From: Eledone cirrhosa
Lineage: Eukaryota
DNA length: 64,000 bases
Reading direction: 5' to 3'
Assembly: GCA_964016885.1 (NCBI GenBank)
Contig: OZ024761.1
Coordinates: forward strand, 17,546,001 to 17,610,000
The notes below the pieces were generated by a model. The model was given only the letters and a program-made list of their open reading frames with translations. It had not been told where the DNA came from and did not search any database. A program made the position numbers and the translations under genes. This document shows, one piece after another, positions 17,597-30,444 of this stretch (its first letter is position 1; each line of letters begins with the position of its first letter).

Positions 17597-17806
17597 GTAG
17601 AACACTGGAAGGTAATATCCGTAGTGGTAGAGCACTCAGTCCAAGGGACGAGTTAGGTAGAAGTGGTTACACAACAGTTAGTTCACCATACCGAGTACAA
17701 TTGTTTCACATTAGCTGATCCTCAGCTCGTAATATTACGAGCTGAGGATCCGCTAAGGTGAAACAATTGTACTCGGAATGGTGAACTAACTGTTGTGTAA
17801 CCACTT
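17593..17806. mobile_element. Short fold-back insert D: 73-bp arms with no spacer, one hammerhead per arm
   Basis: Palindrome centred at 17733/17734; tail 17593-17660; (TA)n flanks. Confidence 0.75.
17734..17779 (+). ncRNA. Minimal hammerhead ribozyme (second copy on minus at 17688-17733)
   Basis: ATTaCGAG CTGAGGA tCC gctaa GGt GAAAC AATT GTA^ CTCGgAAT. Confidence 0.82.
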
Positions 17807-18113
17807 ATATATATATCTATATATCTCTCTCTCTATATATATATATATACACATGTGTATGTAAAAAATAAACAATAATAACAACACAATCGGTACAGTA
17901 TATGGAAGGGATATATCAGGCTAACGCTTGAAATAGCAGGATAAATCAACTATATTTCTTTTTCGATATTAGGAGAATGTTGCATTTAAACAACTACACA
18001 TCATTTCCATCTATCTATCGCTCATTCTCGGTGTATACACTACACACACATATATATATATATTTATATATGAGTCGGGGCCCAACGGCTGAGCTCATGC
18101 CGTTTCAACAACC

Positions 18114-18146
<33 letters not shown>

Positions 18147-21100
18147 TGTCTGTGTGTGTGAATTATTGTTTTACTTTCACTATCTATCTTCTCACTTTCA
18201 TAGTTTTTTTTATATCGCTTTCACATTTCTCTACCACGACCACTACTATCATCACTACTACTTTCACCATCATCATCACTATCACCACCAACACCACCAC
18301 CGTTATTACCGCCATCATCATCACTACCAACACCATAACTCCCACCACCACCAGCTTCACCATATAACTGCCGCTCTTGTCTTTATATTATACACTTTCT
18401 ACATCAACTCGTCATAGCAGCAGCATTCATTTATTTATTCTTTATCTTATATTTAGCATCTGAGGAAGATTTTGGTTGCAATATCTTGCAGCTCCATCGA
18501 TCGTCTAGTGGTTCCCTTGCTATCTCAAGCCAACAACGCCCTAAAGAAAATTACATGTACACTCAACATTTTAATGGTTTCGGATTTTGGCACAAGACCA
18601 ATAATTACAGATAAGATGAGGGGCCAAGGTCGATAAAAATCGATCCCCAGTATATGAGAGGTACTTTTGTTTTATTTTCATCGACCCCTCTCGAAGGATG
18701 AAAAACAGTTGAACCCAGAAAATAACGAGACGACGTAACAAATACCACACAGTATTTTGTTCAACGCTCTAACGATTCTGCCAATCCTCAGCCCTCTACA
18801 TTCAATAATATAATCACACAAACACACACACGGTAGTTTTATAGAAGAACACTCCTTTCGATTGTGTCAGTTCCCCCTCTTCTTCCGATCACCCACACCT
18901 CTCGATTTCCGGAAGAAAATAAGTCGATTGCGAGTATGTTGGAGGTCAGATGAGTTGATAACACACACAGACACACACAAAAATGAGGGTGAAGAAATGA
19001 AGAAAAACAAAGTATTTCCCACTGTAATTTCGTGGTGTTCTATAATTATACCAAACAAATACAGAGCGAGTATCATCAACGGCAACTTCTGAAAGTTTAG
19101 AAAGAGCGTTTACTTGGGTTCGTGATGAGCATTATTTGTGGGTACTTAGTTAAAAAAAAGGTAATCAATACATGTGTGAAAGTGACGTCCGAGAGTATCT
19201 TCCACTACTAACTAACTTACCCTCCGCCTCTGGAACCCGGCCAACCATTGCTCGATATATGCGCACCTTGTACAATCAACTTGCTTTGTTGTCAAAATCC
19301 TTTTGATCAACGGTAACAACAGCCATCATCTCCTCCTCTTTTCTTAGCAACAGCTCAAAGAACATTAGATAACGATTTGTCAACCATCTTACAGTACTTA
19401 CACTCAACAATGGTTGCATAACGTAACCACATGCACAACAACAACAATCGCCATCTCTTTTCTTAACTAAGAACGCATTCGGCAGCATAAACATACCGTA
19501 CAAACCCCAAATATCTCATTTCTTAACGAGAGAGAGAGCATACAACTTCCCCGAAACGCTTAATTGTTAGGGAAGAGTTATTTCCCTTGAATTTGGCATG
19601 GAAGGATATGACTGGTGTTTTGCAAAGTGGCTGCTATAGTAAGAGGGGGCGGCGGTAGGAAATGATGAGAACGAGCAATAAATGAGGGGACTGCCCATTT
19701 TCAGTTATGTCAGGGACAAGACAACCTCTCTAGGACTAGTACCACAATAAAATACCCAGATCCCTTCTGTAAAATGGTTGGCATTAGAAAGGGTATCCAG
19801 CTATTGAAACCCAGTCAAACAAGGAGTTGAGAGGATTCTTCAGTTATGTCAAGAACCCGACAATCTCTCTGGTATTGGTGCCACAAAAAAATGCACCCAG
19901 TACACTCTGTAAAGTTAAAGAAACCATGCCAAAAGGTTTAGACTACACTTCAGTTGTGTCAAGACTGCCTCCTGAGCGCTGGTATGATAAAATGCACCCA
20001 GTACACTTTGTAAAGTGGTTGGTAATAGGGAGGGTAACCAGGCATGAAAACCACGCTAAACATAGGAGTGAGAGGACTCTGCAGTTATGTTAGGAACTGA
20101 CAAGTTCTCTGGTATTGGTGCCACAATAAAATGCACCCAGTACACTCTGTAAAGTGGTTGATGATAGGAAGGGTATCCAGTTGTGTAAACCATGCCAAAA
20201 CTGGAACATATGTGAGACACAGCCTCTGGCATACCAGGGAGAACAGTAGCCCAGATTAACTCTGTCCTATTCATCATCATCATGACCACATCATATTTGT
20301 CTGTTTGTTTGTCTTGTATTACACTGCAGTTGCAGTGTTTATACCTGCAATCACTCATGTCTCTTTATCTATCGATCAATATAGTTATCTATTGATCTGT
20401 GTATTCATCTATCTATTCCTGTTTATTCATCTCTCTACCTGTATTTATATAATTAACTAACTCAATTTCACCTGATTGACATTGTGTTGTTATATTAAAT
20501 CTGTGCTCTGTTAACATCAATATGATAAAAAAAAAACCATAATATATATATATACACATGCATATATATGTAGTTGACAGTTGAGGGAAAAGAGTACTCA
20601 ATAGCAAAGTAGAGTGTTACTCTGGAGTTTCGCCTGCTTCTCATAGGGATGACTCTGAGAAGCAGGCAAAACTCCAGGGTAACGAGGTTCACTATTTAGC
20701 ATTAATAAAATGAATATATATATATATAATATATTCATTTTAACTCAGAGATCAGAGAGTCTCACCAGGCAGAGCTGCTACTTCTGTGAACTGAGAGATC
20801 ACAGCTCCAATAATATGAGCATGTGGTTAAAATGTCTCGGGAAAGAATTGCTGGTCAGATTTTTTGGGCAAAACCAACTGGCAAGAGACCCAAGGGTAGA
20901 CCTCGAGCAAGATGGTTAAATAACATTCATGAGCTTGGCTGGTCTTGCTTGGAGGGTGTCTAACTGGATCTATTGGAAACGGTTGCTTCTGACAGGACCT
21001 GCTAGGAGTGTTTCAGGACTTTGCCCCCACGACCCCCTCAGGTATAAGTGGGCAAAGAAGAAGAAGAATATATATTAAGAACACAGAGCTACAAAACAAT

Positions 21101-21185
21101 TAATGTTATTAGGTTCATGCTTAGATGAAAGATAGAAAAAAGAGTTCAACATATCAGGCTTTAGCCATATTATATATATATATAT

Positions 21186-21408
21186 AACGGAGGAAATGTG
21201 GTAAGGAACCAGGTGGACCATAACGCACCAAAGTACTCAATACTTAGGGTAGTAGAGTGGGTAATAGGAACGAGTAGGACCCCGACGGCTGAGCTCAAGC
21301 CGTTTCGACGGCTAATTCTGGACTAAAAAAAATTTTTTTTTTTTTTTAGTCCAGAACTAGCCGTCGAAACGGCTTGAGCTCAGCCGTCGGGGTCCTACTC
21401 GTTCCTAT
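21186..21408. mobile_element. Short fold-back insert family C (other copies 977-1054, ~18072-18112, 39901-40097, 54725-54923)
   Basis: ~70-bp arms containing hammerhead 3' half GAAACGGCT tgagctc AGCCGTC; termini TAGGAA... and ...CCTTCGTTA (one mismatch in this copy) in (TA)n. Confidence 0.75.
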
Positions 21409-21639
21409 ATATATATATATATATATAGTTTCACAGGGTACAGTTGACGTATGTTTGGTGTTCATGTTATATACATGTTATTGGGTTGTGCTGGGTGGAT
21501 GGAAGATGGGAGTGGGTAGATGGAGAAGAGTAAGTTTCAATATCACAGAAGTGATGAATTGTAAAAAATTGTAAAGTTAGTCAGTGGGATTGGTGTAGAA
21601 TGTATTTTGATGAAAGTGAGGAAGGGAAGATAAACAAAT

Positions 21640-21985
21640 ATAGGGGATTGTCTGGCCGCTTCCTCTTTGCACCGATTGCCATCAAGATCTCAGGTGTGCT
21701 TGAATCCCATACAGTCGAGTCCCTCTGTAAGATTGGAATGTCGGCAGCCCGTCTGAGGTAGGAGCTCTGCGAGGTGGGGTGGTTGTTGCGGTCTTGTTCA
21801 CAGGGCACAGCTTCTTTATCGCCGCACGCTAGGCTCAGATCCCAATCTCTGTCCCCTCCACATTCTTCTATGATACTAGAGACCTTGCCACTTCCTCCCC
21901 TTTTCTGTTTTTCTTTATATTTTCATATTTTACATTCTATTCTTCTCAATCTAAATTTTCTTTTTTTCTTTTTCTATTAAACTCT
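21640..21985 (+). mobile_element. Possible CRE-like (REL endonuclease) LINE 3' fragment; related piece at ~33515-33800
   Basis: FAPIAIKISGV...LCKIG here and QQISLAIVWGNVFAVL at 33.5 kb; shared downstream gtcttgt.cacagggc.cagc and pyrimidine tail. Confidence 0.45.
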
Positions 21986-22508
21986 ATTTACATGATATAT
22001 TCCGTAAATAAATACTCCACATTTAATAGCAAATTGGAAAGAGTAAAAGGGGAGAGGTAGTTAGCAGGAATTCAAAGGTCAGCCACTATATATATATATA
22101 TATATGTCATGTTGTTTATTACATAACTATATATATGTATATATATATACCTCTATAACTATAAATCCAAAGAGATCTGTTTCGTCAGTAAGTTGTTGAC
22201 AGAAATGGAATAACCTCGGTTCCTCAGCGTGTGTAAGGCTATACATTTCAGACAAGACTATAGTTATAGAGGTATTTATTTATGCTTTAATTTATATTTT
22301 TAATTATCGTGTCTATAGTCTGCCTTTCATAGGTTATAGATTCCATACACTGGTGGTTTTTTCCCTGTTTTATTGATAGCGCACTGTATATCTCTCTCTG
22401 GTGTGTTACCTTTTCAACATATTGTATTTTAAAGAGCTCAGGATTTCTTCTCCTTTGAGAACATTATTTACAGGGAATGGCGAGGGCCTATGCCTTCGTT
22501 AATTTATC

Positions 22509-22543
<35 letters not shown>

Positions 22544-23753
22544 GTATATATATGTATATATAGTTATGTAATAAACAACATGAAATAATTATCTTATGTT
22601 GTTTATTACATAACTAATAAGCTCTGTAGCCTACATAGAGCACTCTCTTTTCCTTTACCTTTGTACGGAAATACTTCATTTATATATATATATGTATTTA
22701 TATATATATATATATACCGAGCTTTTGATTCCAGAGTCGGGCCAGATCGATACATTTCGAACCTTGAGCTGATCAACAGCGAAACATGTGTCACCAATCA
22801 ATAAATGTAATGAAGGCATAATAAATCGTCCTTGTATTATTATATATATATAAAGGGGTGGAGGCAGTTAGGAGAGGTACAATCGCTGAAACTTCAACTT
22901 TCGCCTTAAGAAAATCCCTTTATACTCTACTCACATGTATTGAGTGCTCTTCGTTCAGTTAATGATTGACTGTTCCATCTATGTACCCGTATCATGTATA
23001 ACGTTCCCTTCAGTAAGTGTGTGTATGTATGTATGTGTGTGTATATATATGTGTGTGTATGTATATTTATGTCAGGTCGCTCTTCGGTGCTATTGGTAAC
23101 ATGTAACCCAGCACAACCTGTGCATGGTCGTCAGCGACTAAACCAACAATCTCACTAAGCTTGCTTGGTGAGGAGGGTGATTTTACACACAGCAGGGGAA
23201 GAATAAAACCCTGTCAAGGGGTTGAGTAACTCAGGAGAGTCAACGGCCATCATTCATCATCATCATCATCATCGTTTAACGTCCATCTTCCACGCTTGCA
23301 TGGGTTTGGACGGGAATTTTCCCACTTGAGGCAAGATTGGTTGTCCTGCTCGTATAGGACTGCCTGGCGGGTTTTCTACGGCTGGATGCCCTTCCTAACA
23401 CCAACCACGTTTACAGTGTGGACTGGGAGGTTTTTACCGTGTTACCTACACGGCCACATTACAGCATGGACTGTGTGTTTTTTTGTCGTGACACCTACAC
23501 GTCTGGCGGGTTTTCTACGGCTGGATGCCCTTCCTAACACCAACCACGTTTACAGTGTGTACTGGGAGGTTTTTACTATGTTACCTACACGGCCACATTA
23601 CAGCGTGGACTGTGTGTTTTGTTTTTTTTGTCGTGACACCTACACGACCTCATTTGTTTCGGACTGGATGTTGTGGTACCAATATCCAATAAAGTTTATT
23701 TATTTTTTTGTGGAACGAGAGACTCCTAGTCTTTGTTAAACATCTCTCTAGAA

Positions 23754-24044
23754 CACAGGTTCTCAACCCATTTAGGCCAAACGCCCCCTTTTGTCCCTCG
23801 AAATCACGAAACGCCCCCCCCCCCTATTTTTCCATTTTTCCATTTTTCAATATACTACTGATTTTTATAAATGCATTCACACTGGCTGTCTCAAAGACAT
23901 ACAAATATGGCTTATAAAACTTACCAAAATAAAGAGCCTTCCAGCGCCCTCTAACCCCCCTCCCCCAGCTCCAAACGCCCCCCTAACGCGACCTTGCTCC
24001 AAAACGCCCCCCGGGGTGCATATGCCCCCCGTTGAGAACCTTTG
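23754..24044. mobile_element. hAT (Charlie-like) MITE
   Basis: TIRs CACAGGTTCTCAAC / GTTGAGAACCTTTG (13/14 match) and perfect 8-bp TSD CTCTAGAA. Confidence 0.88.
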
Positions 24045-24837
24045 CTCTAGAAGAATTTCACTCTCATTTAAAACCTGCAACATCCATTGATGAAGACCAG
24101 TTCTTTTTGTGCACAGCCATCACTTGATATGTGACATTTTTTGCGATGTATGGTATTGCTGGCCATAGGGAAGTCCCTAGCAGGACTAAAAAGCTTCATC
24201 CGTGATGCTCATGCTTAAATATCAAGCGATAGCATTACTCAAAATGGAGTTGCAACCATCATCATCATATATATATATATATATGGAATATAACTGGTTA
24301 AGACCGGTAAGATCAACTTCGTACTTTATACTTAGGAAAAGTAGGAGTGTAAATATTACAATGATATTTTGCCCCTCCCGTTCGGTTAAGATTTTGCTGT
24401 TTTGGTACCGATCGTTATTTGCTATAGAAAAGGTAACAGCTTAACTGTGGCGCAGAAAATAATGCTTCTATTTTTGGCACAAGGCCAGCCATTACCCCCA
24501 GTGCATTACTGGTGCTTTATTTTATCGACCCCGTAAGGATGAAAGGCAAAGTTAACCTCAACAGGATTTGAACTCGGTCCGTAAAGGGGCGTAACTCTAT
24601 GTTGGAAAGCATGGCGTCCAACCCTCTACCGATACTGCCAATCTACCACCCTAGGACAGAAAATAATAATAACGGTTTCTAATTTAGGCACAAGGTCAAC
24701 AATTTGAGGGGAGGGGAAAGTCGATAAAATCCACCTTAGTGTGTGACTGGTACTTTATTTTTGTTGACCCCATAAGGATGAAAGGCAAAGATAACCTTGG
24801 CGGGATTTAACACACACACCCATGCACATATATATAT

Positions 24838-25021
24838 AAGTCCCGGGTTCAATTGGGATAACCACAGTAAGGTACTCAATACATTAGTAGAGTGTATACA
24901 ACAAAAATGAATATAGAGATGGCTTCTACAGGACTAAAACTGTTTAATTCGATGGAAATCATCAGGCTTTTCTTGATGATTTCCTTCAAATGAAACAGTT
25001 CTAGTCCTGTAGAAGCCATCA
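24838..25021. mobile_element. Short fold-back insert family H (other copies ~51843-51927, 54986-55190)
   Basis: Arms ggcttctacaggacta.../...tagtcctgtagaagcc; (C)TGATGA tttccttcaaat GAAAC agttcta GTC hammerhead-like core. Confidence 0.7.
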
Positions 25022-25023
25022 TT

Positions 25024-26550
25024 ATATGGCTTGTGAGAGCTATACAAGCCATGTATAAAGAAACAGTCAACAAGGTTAGAATTAACAACGAATATAGTGA
25101 AGAGTTTAGTGTAAAAGTTGGTGTTCATCAGGGCTCTGTTCTTAGCCCCTTACTATTTATTATTGCCCTTCAGGCTATAACAGTGGAGTTCAAGACCGGC
25201 TGCCCATGGGAACTCCTATACGCAGATGATCTAACGCTCATAGCTGAATCAATGGCCGAGCTAGAGAAGAAATTCCAAACGTGGAAGCACGGCCTAGAAT
25301 CAAAAGGCCTTAAAATTAACCTGGCTAAGACTAAAGTTCTAGTTTGTAGGAAAGAAAATAAGGCGCCGGTCCCTTCCGGGAAATGGCCATGCTCAGTGTG
25401 TAGGAAAGGCGTAGGTAGAAACTCCATTTTATGTCCCAAATGCAAAGTATGGGTGCATAAAAGATGTAGTGGGATCACAGGTAAGCTAACTAAGAACATA
25501 GATTTTACATGTGGCCAGTGCTCTGGTGCAATAAGTAGCAGCAAGTGCCCACAAATACTAGCTCTTTCAATTGCGCAGAGGGTTCTATAGAAATAGTGGA
25601 CAGCTTCCGTTACCTGGGTGACAAAATCAGCAGTGGGGGAGGGTGCTCTGAAAGTATAGTAGCTAGAGTCAGAACTGGATGGAAAAAGTTCAGAGAGCTT
25701 ATACCACTATTAGCCGCTAAAGGGTTCTCCCTAAAAATGAAAGGCAGGTTGTATGATGCCTGCATACGAACAGCAATGTTGCATGGCAGTGAGACCTGGG
25801 CATTGTGTGCAGAGGATATACGCAGACTAGAGAGGAACGAAGCTTGCATGCTCCGCTGGATGTGTAATAGTAATATACGTGAACGGCAAAGCATAAACGA
25901 ACTAAGGGAAAAATTAGAAATAAGAGGAATCAGATGTTGTTTACTCGAGAGAAGGCTACGTTGGTATGGTCACGTGATGCGCATGAAAGACGACAGCTGT
26001 ATAAAAAAGTGCAGGGCAATAAAGATAGACGGTAGCCACGGAGTAGGCAGACCCAGAAAAACCTGGGACGACCTGATAAATTCCGATCTCACACACTTAC
26101 ACCTCTCCAAGACAATGTCACTGGACCGAGATCTCTGGCGGTACTCAGTAATAGAGAAGACCCGCCTTGCCTAAATACAAAGTAAACCTACTACAGTCAG
26201 TAGGCATCTCTAACAAAATACGCCCCCGTCACACCACCCCCACCCCCTCCACACCGCCCCTTTCAATGTAAAGTTACGTTGGTGCCACAACATCCAGGCC
26301 GAAACAAATGAGATCGTGTAGGTGTCACGACAAAAAACACACAGTCCACGCTGTAATGTGGCCGTGTAGGCAACACGGTAAAAACCTCCCAGTCCCACAC
26401 TGTAAATGTGGTTGGTGTTAGGAAGGGCATCCAGCCGTAGAAAATCCGCCAGACAGTCCTATGCGAGCAAGACAACCACTCTTGCCTCAAGTGGGAAAAC
26501 TCCCGTTCAAACCCATGCAAGCGTGGAACACGGACGTTCAACGGTGATGA
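25024..26550 (+). mobile_element. 5'-truncated RTE-type LINE (RT C-terminal half + 3'UTR ending in (GAT)n), frameshifted
   Basis: GVHQGSVLSPLLF, LLYADDL, KTKVL, Cys-rich insert, FRYLGD, HGSETW, RRLRWYGHVMRM, GRPRKTW; frameshift near 25545-25560. Confidence 0.92.
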
Positions 26551-27120
26551 TATATCTATTAGAATATGGAGTTAACTGACCAGGGATGTACTGACATACA
26601 GAGGCCAGCCGTGGAAGAAACACCACACGTCCGGCTGTCCCCTGTATCAAGAGAAGAAAATTATTTTCTAAGAAGTTTTTGGATTTTTTGAATTTAAAGA
26701 TTCTTTTGAGGAACTTTCAATGTTTTCAAGTTTTTATAGGTTTTGCTGTTTGAAGAGCTCAGGCTATCATGACTGATATTCCTCAGTGAAATATGTATAA
26801 CATTGTTTTAAATAAACCTGAATCAACTGATTATGGCCCCCGATCTTTTAATAATCATCATTTCTACTATAGACACAAGGCCACCAATTTTGGGAGGGGG
26901 GAAGGTCTATTAAGTCGACTCCAGTGCATTATTGATGCTTTATTTTATCAACCCTTCAAGGATGAAAGGCAAAGCTAACCTCGGCGTGATTTGAACTCAG
27001 AACGCAAAGGGCCACAACTCTATGTCACGAAGAAAGGTGTCCGACGCTCTACCGATACTGTCAATCCAATAATGATAGCAATAATAATATATATATGAGT
27101 TTTTAACTTAACCTTTGATT

Positions 27121-27244
<124 letters not shown>

Positions 27245-27458
27245 TGCCTCTCTGTTTTGTTCCCGTCCAATTTTCCACTATATATATATAAAGTATACAT
27301 AATTAAAATTTGTCACGAATATGAAAAGAGATCGTAAAATTTGTCATCGCAATGAAAAGGGGTCGTTAAGATATCTTATGGTGAGGCTCCTTATGTTTAA
27401 GTTGCTTGAGGTTGTGTATATCCCGAGGGAACGATATTTTATCGACCCGTCAATGATA

Positions 27459-27508
<50 letters not shown>

Positions 27509-27795
27509 ATATATATATATATATATGTATATATTTAAAATGATTTTAAATATAACTTTACATGTATATATGTATATATATATCGTAGGTGTGTTTGTCC
27601 AAGGCAATCTTTATACTTCGTACACAACTCCAAATCACTGATTTATAATTCAATACACGTAATGCTTGTTTATACCTGATGCCAATAACCGAAAGGATAA
27701 TGCGTATTTTTAAAAGTATTGAGTACTTAAATTTGTATTTGTGAGTATTAATATTAATCCTTAAAAAACAAACAAACAAATACAACGTATGTATA

Positions 27796-27831
<36 letters not shown>

Positions 27832-28637
27832 TGTATATATATACAAGAAATCCAAAATCCGACGCCTTCTCACTCCCGTTGGAGGAACCCCTCCCTAGTT
27901 GAACTCCACCGCTTTCTATCTATATGGGGTCGAGGTATATGTGCGTACGTGCGTGTGGGTATAATAGTGGTGTATATGAAAGCATATACTCCCAATATAT
28001 ATATATATAGTCCTGAATTTGCTGTACTTTCAGTAACTGATTACTCTCCGAATTACATTAAAAACAATAATATCAATAAATATTATTATCGAAGTATTTG
28101 ATTATAAATAATAACAATAAAACCACAACAATATTGATGTATATAGAGCAAAGTATAAAGTTTTAACTTACAGGAGGGAAGCGATGTGGCCGATCGTTAA
28201 GTTTTCAAGTCTGAATGTGTGTGTAGCGGTATAGTGTGTGTATAGCGTGTGTATAATGATAGCGCAATTTAGGTAAGGAATGTCTCGCCTCTTGTCACTA
28301 TGGTGAATATAGGGTAATTGATAGAGAGACGGCGAGAGATAAACAAGCTCTCTCTCTCTCGTATAATATATATATGTATGTATGTATGCATGTGTGTATA
28401 TATATTAGGTGTTTCAGCAGGAATGGTCGTAACTATGTATAATAAATAAAGACCTTAATGTGAAAACTCGTTTTGTTTTCAATGTATATATATATATATA
28501 AATGTGTATATTATAGAAAAAGATATGGAGGGAGGTATAGCTTTTTCTGACAATCCACCTCTATATAATTAATTAATTAAACCTAATTACCTTCCACTCT
28601 CTCGTGCTCGCGTAATATACATACATACAGACAGACT

Positions 28638-28682
<45 letters not shown>

Positions 28683-28876
28683 ATATTTATATATAAAAAG
28701 GGTGCGTTTCGAGGTGTGTGAGTTTTTGGGTGGATGTGTTAGTGGGTGTGAAGACTGACTAAGAATACGCACTTACAATTTATTTCTAAACAAGTACACC
28801 CCCCTCTTTAGCTACGTACCTAAACAAATATGTACACATGTGGATACATATGGAATTATAGACGTAAGCAACACAC

Positions 28877-28917
<41 letters not shown>

Positions 28918-28968
28918 AACAAAAGATGGTTAAAAGAGTTCCATGTATTTTATTATGCGCATTTCAAA

Positions 28969-29019
<51 letters not shown>

Positions 29020-29280
29020 AAATGAAGTAATTCTGTCGGAAAAGTCCAGGAAAAAAGAGTGCTCTATGTAGGTAACAGAGCTTAATAGTTATGTAATAAA
29101 CAACATAAGGCAATTATTCCATTTACCAGTGGTTTCTTAAAAGCAAAAAAATTTGCTTTCAATCATCAGAATGAAAAAAGACAGGATTTTTTCATTCTGA
29201 TGATTGAAAGCAAAATTTTTTGCTTTTAAGAAACCACTGGTAAATGGAATAATTGCCTTATGTTGTTTATTACGTAACTA
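29020..29280. mobile_element. Short fold-back insert family E (other copies ~1905-2095, 22561-22681, fragment 22107-22129)
   Basis: ~94-bp arms 29086-29179 / 29187-29280; short end ...TAACTA shared with the 22.6-kb copy; tail gctctgt..ctacatagagcactc. Confidence 0.72.
29190..29233 (+). ncRNA. Ultra-minimal hammerhead-like motif lacking stem II
   Basis: TTTCATT CTGATGA TT GAAA GCAAA attt TTTGC TT ttaaGAAA; related copy on minus at ~1942-1996 (CTGAAGA AC GAA). Confidence 0.45.
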
Positions 29281-29809
29281 TATATATATATATATATATA
29301 TGTGTAGCGGATAAGTGGTATTCTTTGTATGGTAGTTTGATGAAAAGAATAATGCCAGGATTGTGTTGTTATTATAAACCACACCACACCACACCACAAT
29401 GTTATGTTTACATGTATTTATTTATTTTTTTATTTTATTGTATATCGACCTGCTACGTGCGTTTCGTAGAGGATTGGCTCTGGGCCACCCATGGAAGTTA
29501 TATTAATATATACACTCTGCCTGTGTTTTGGTATCACCACCAGTAATTCACTGAATCACATACACTATATATATATATATATATACACCTCTCAGTCTGT
29601 ACTGTACTCAAATCTATTCATAACGCACCTATTGTTATCTGTTGTAGTGTCCATTGTCATTAGAATAAAAGATGTTACATAACATAATTTTAAAAATTTA
29701 TTGAGAATATCTAAATACAGAAAGTAATAACGAAAATAACAGAAAAATGTATTCTACGAAAATTATAAAACATTTACAGAACTTCAGTATATACAATACT
29801 TTGTAACTT

Positions 29810-30425
29810 TTTTTTTGGGAGCATATATCAAGAGTTTGTAGGGTCTTCCTAGTCTGAAATAACCTACATACAATGGACCATATGAGAAGCAGCCCTTTTT
29901 TAGATGGAGACCGACAACCTGCGGGGTTTGACCTTAAGACTTGTTTAATGGTTATTGCATAACTGACTCTCACTGGGAATTGCAATCATTTGAAATGAAA
30001 ATGGATGTCTGTTGATATTAGCAGCATTCTAGGTATAAATGTGATGTCAGCCTTACCACATCCAGCGAAGATTTGGGCTTTGATAATGTATGGCTGTAGT
30101 TCAGTCACAACCATACCTGTCCCATTGCACAATCTTTGCTGATCCAGGTTTCTGAGAAGCATGGTGAATGTGCCCTTCTTCAATTCAAGGTTGTGTGGCA
30201 GCATACCGGACAGTTCCAGATTGTTGAGAATTCAATGGGATAATGGATAGCATCAGCCTTGTCAACAACTTTATCGATATATTTATAGGTCTGGCTACCT
30301 CCAGAGATCATTTGTGAGAGGTTTTGTTGATGGCCTTCACTGTGATGTATTGCGGGGACAAGGATTGTTCTTTTGGGGAGACAATCGATTGTGAGCATGT
30401 CAGAGGTCATATTAGCTGAAAACAC
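29810..30425 (-). pseudogene. Helitron RepHel PIF1-type helicase C-terminal relic
   Basis: YPIEF...LPHNLELKKG..MLLRNLD..RLCNGT...FIPRM...QFPVRVSYAITI across frameshifts and a stop. Confidence 0.82.
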
Positions 30426-30444
30426 ACAAAAAACCCTTAATTAT

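Noticed and set aside
17977-18417. His-rich 146-aa ORF
   Set aside because: Degenerate (CAT/CAC)n microsatellite.
18460-18490. Isolated CTGANGA matches (also ~15094, 35900, 57815, 58856)
   Set aside because: No properly spaced GAAA with closing helices; expected by chance.
22148-22275. Hammerhead in a 16-bp-arm fold-back (CTGAGGA ... GAAAC on minus)
   Set aside because: Stems do not close properly; only the downstream bulged hairpin (22437) is convincing. Likewise 22768-22795 shows only a 3' half.
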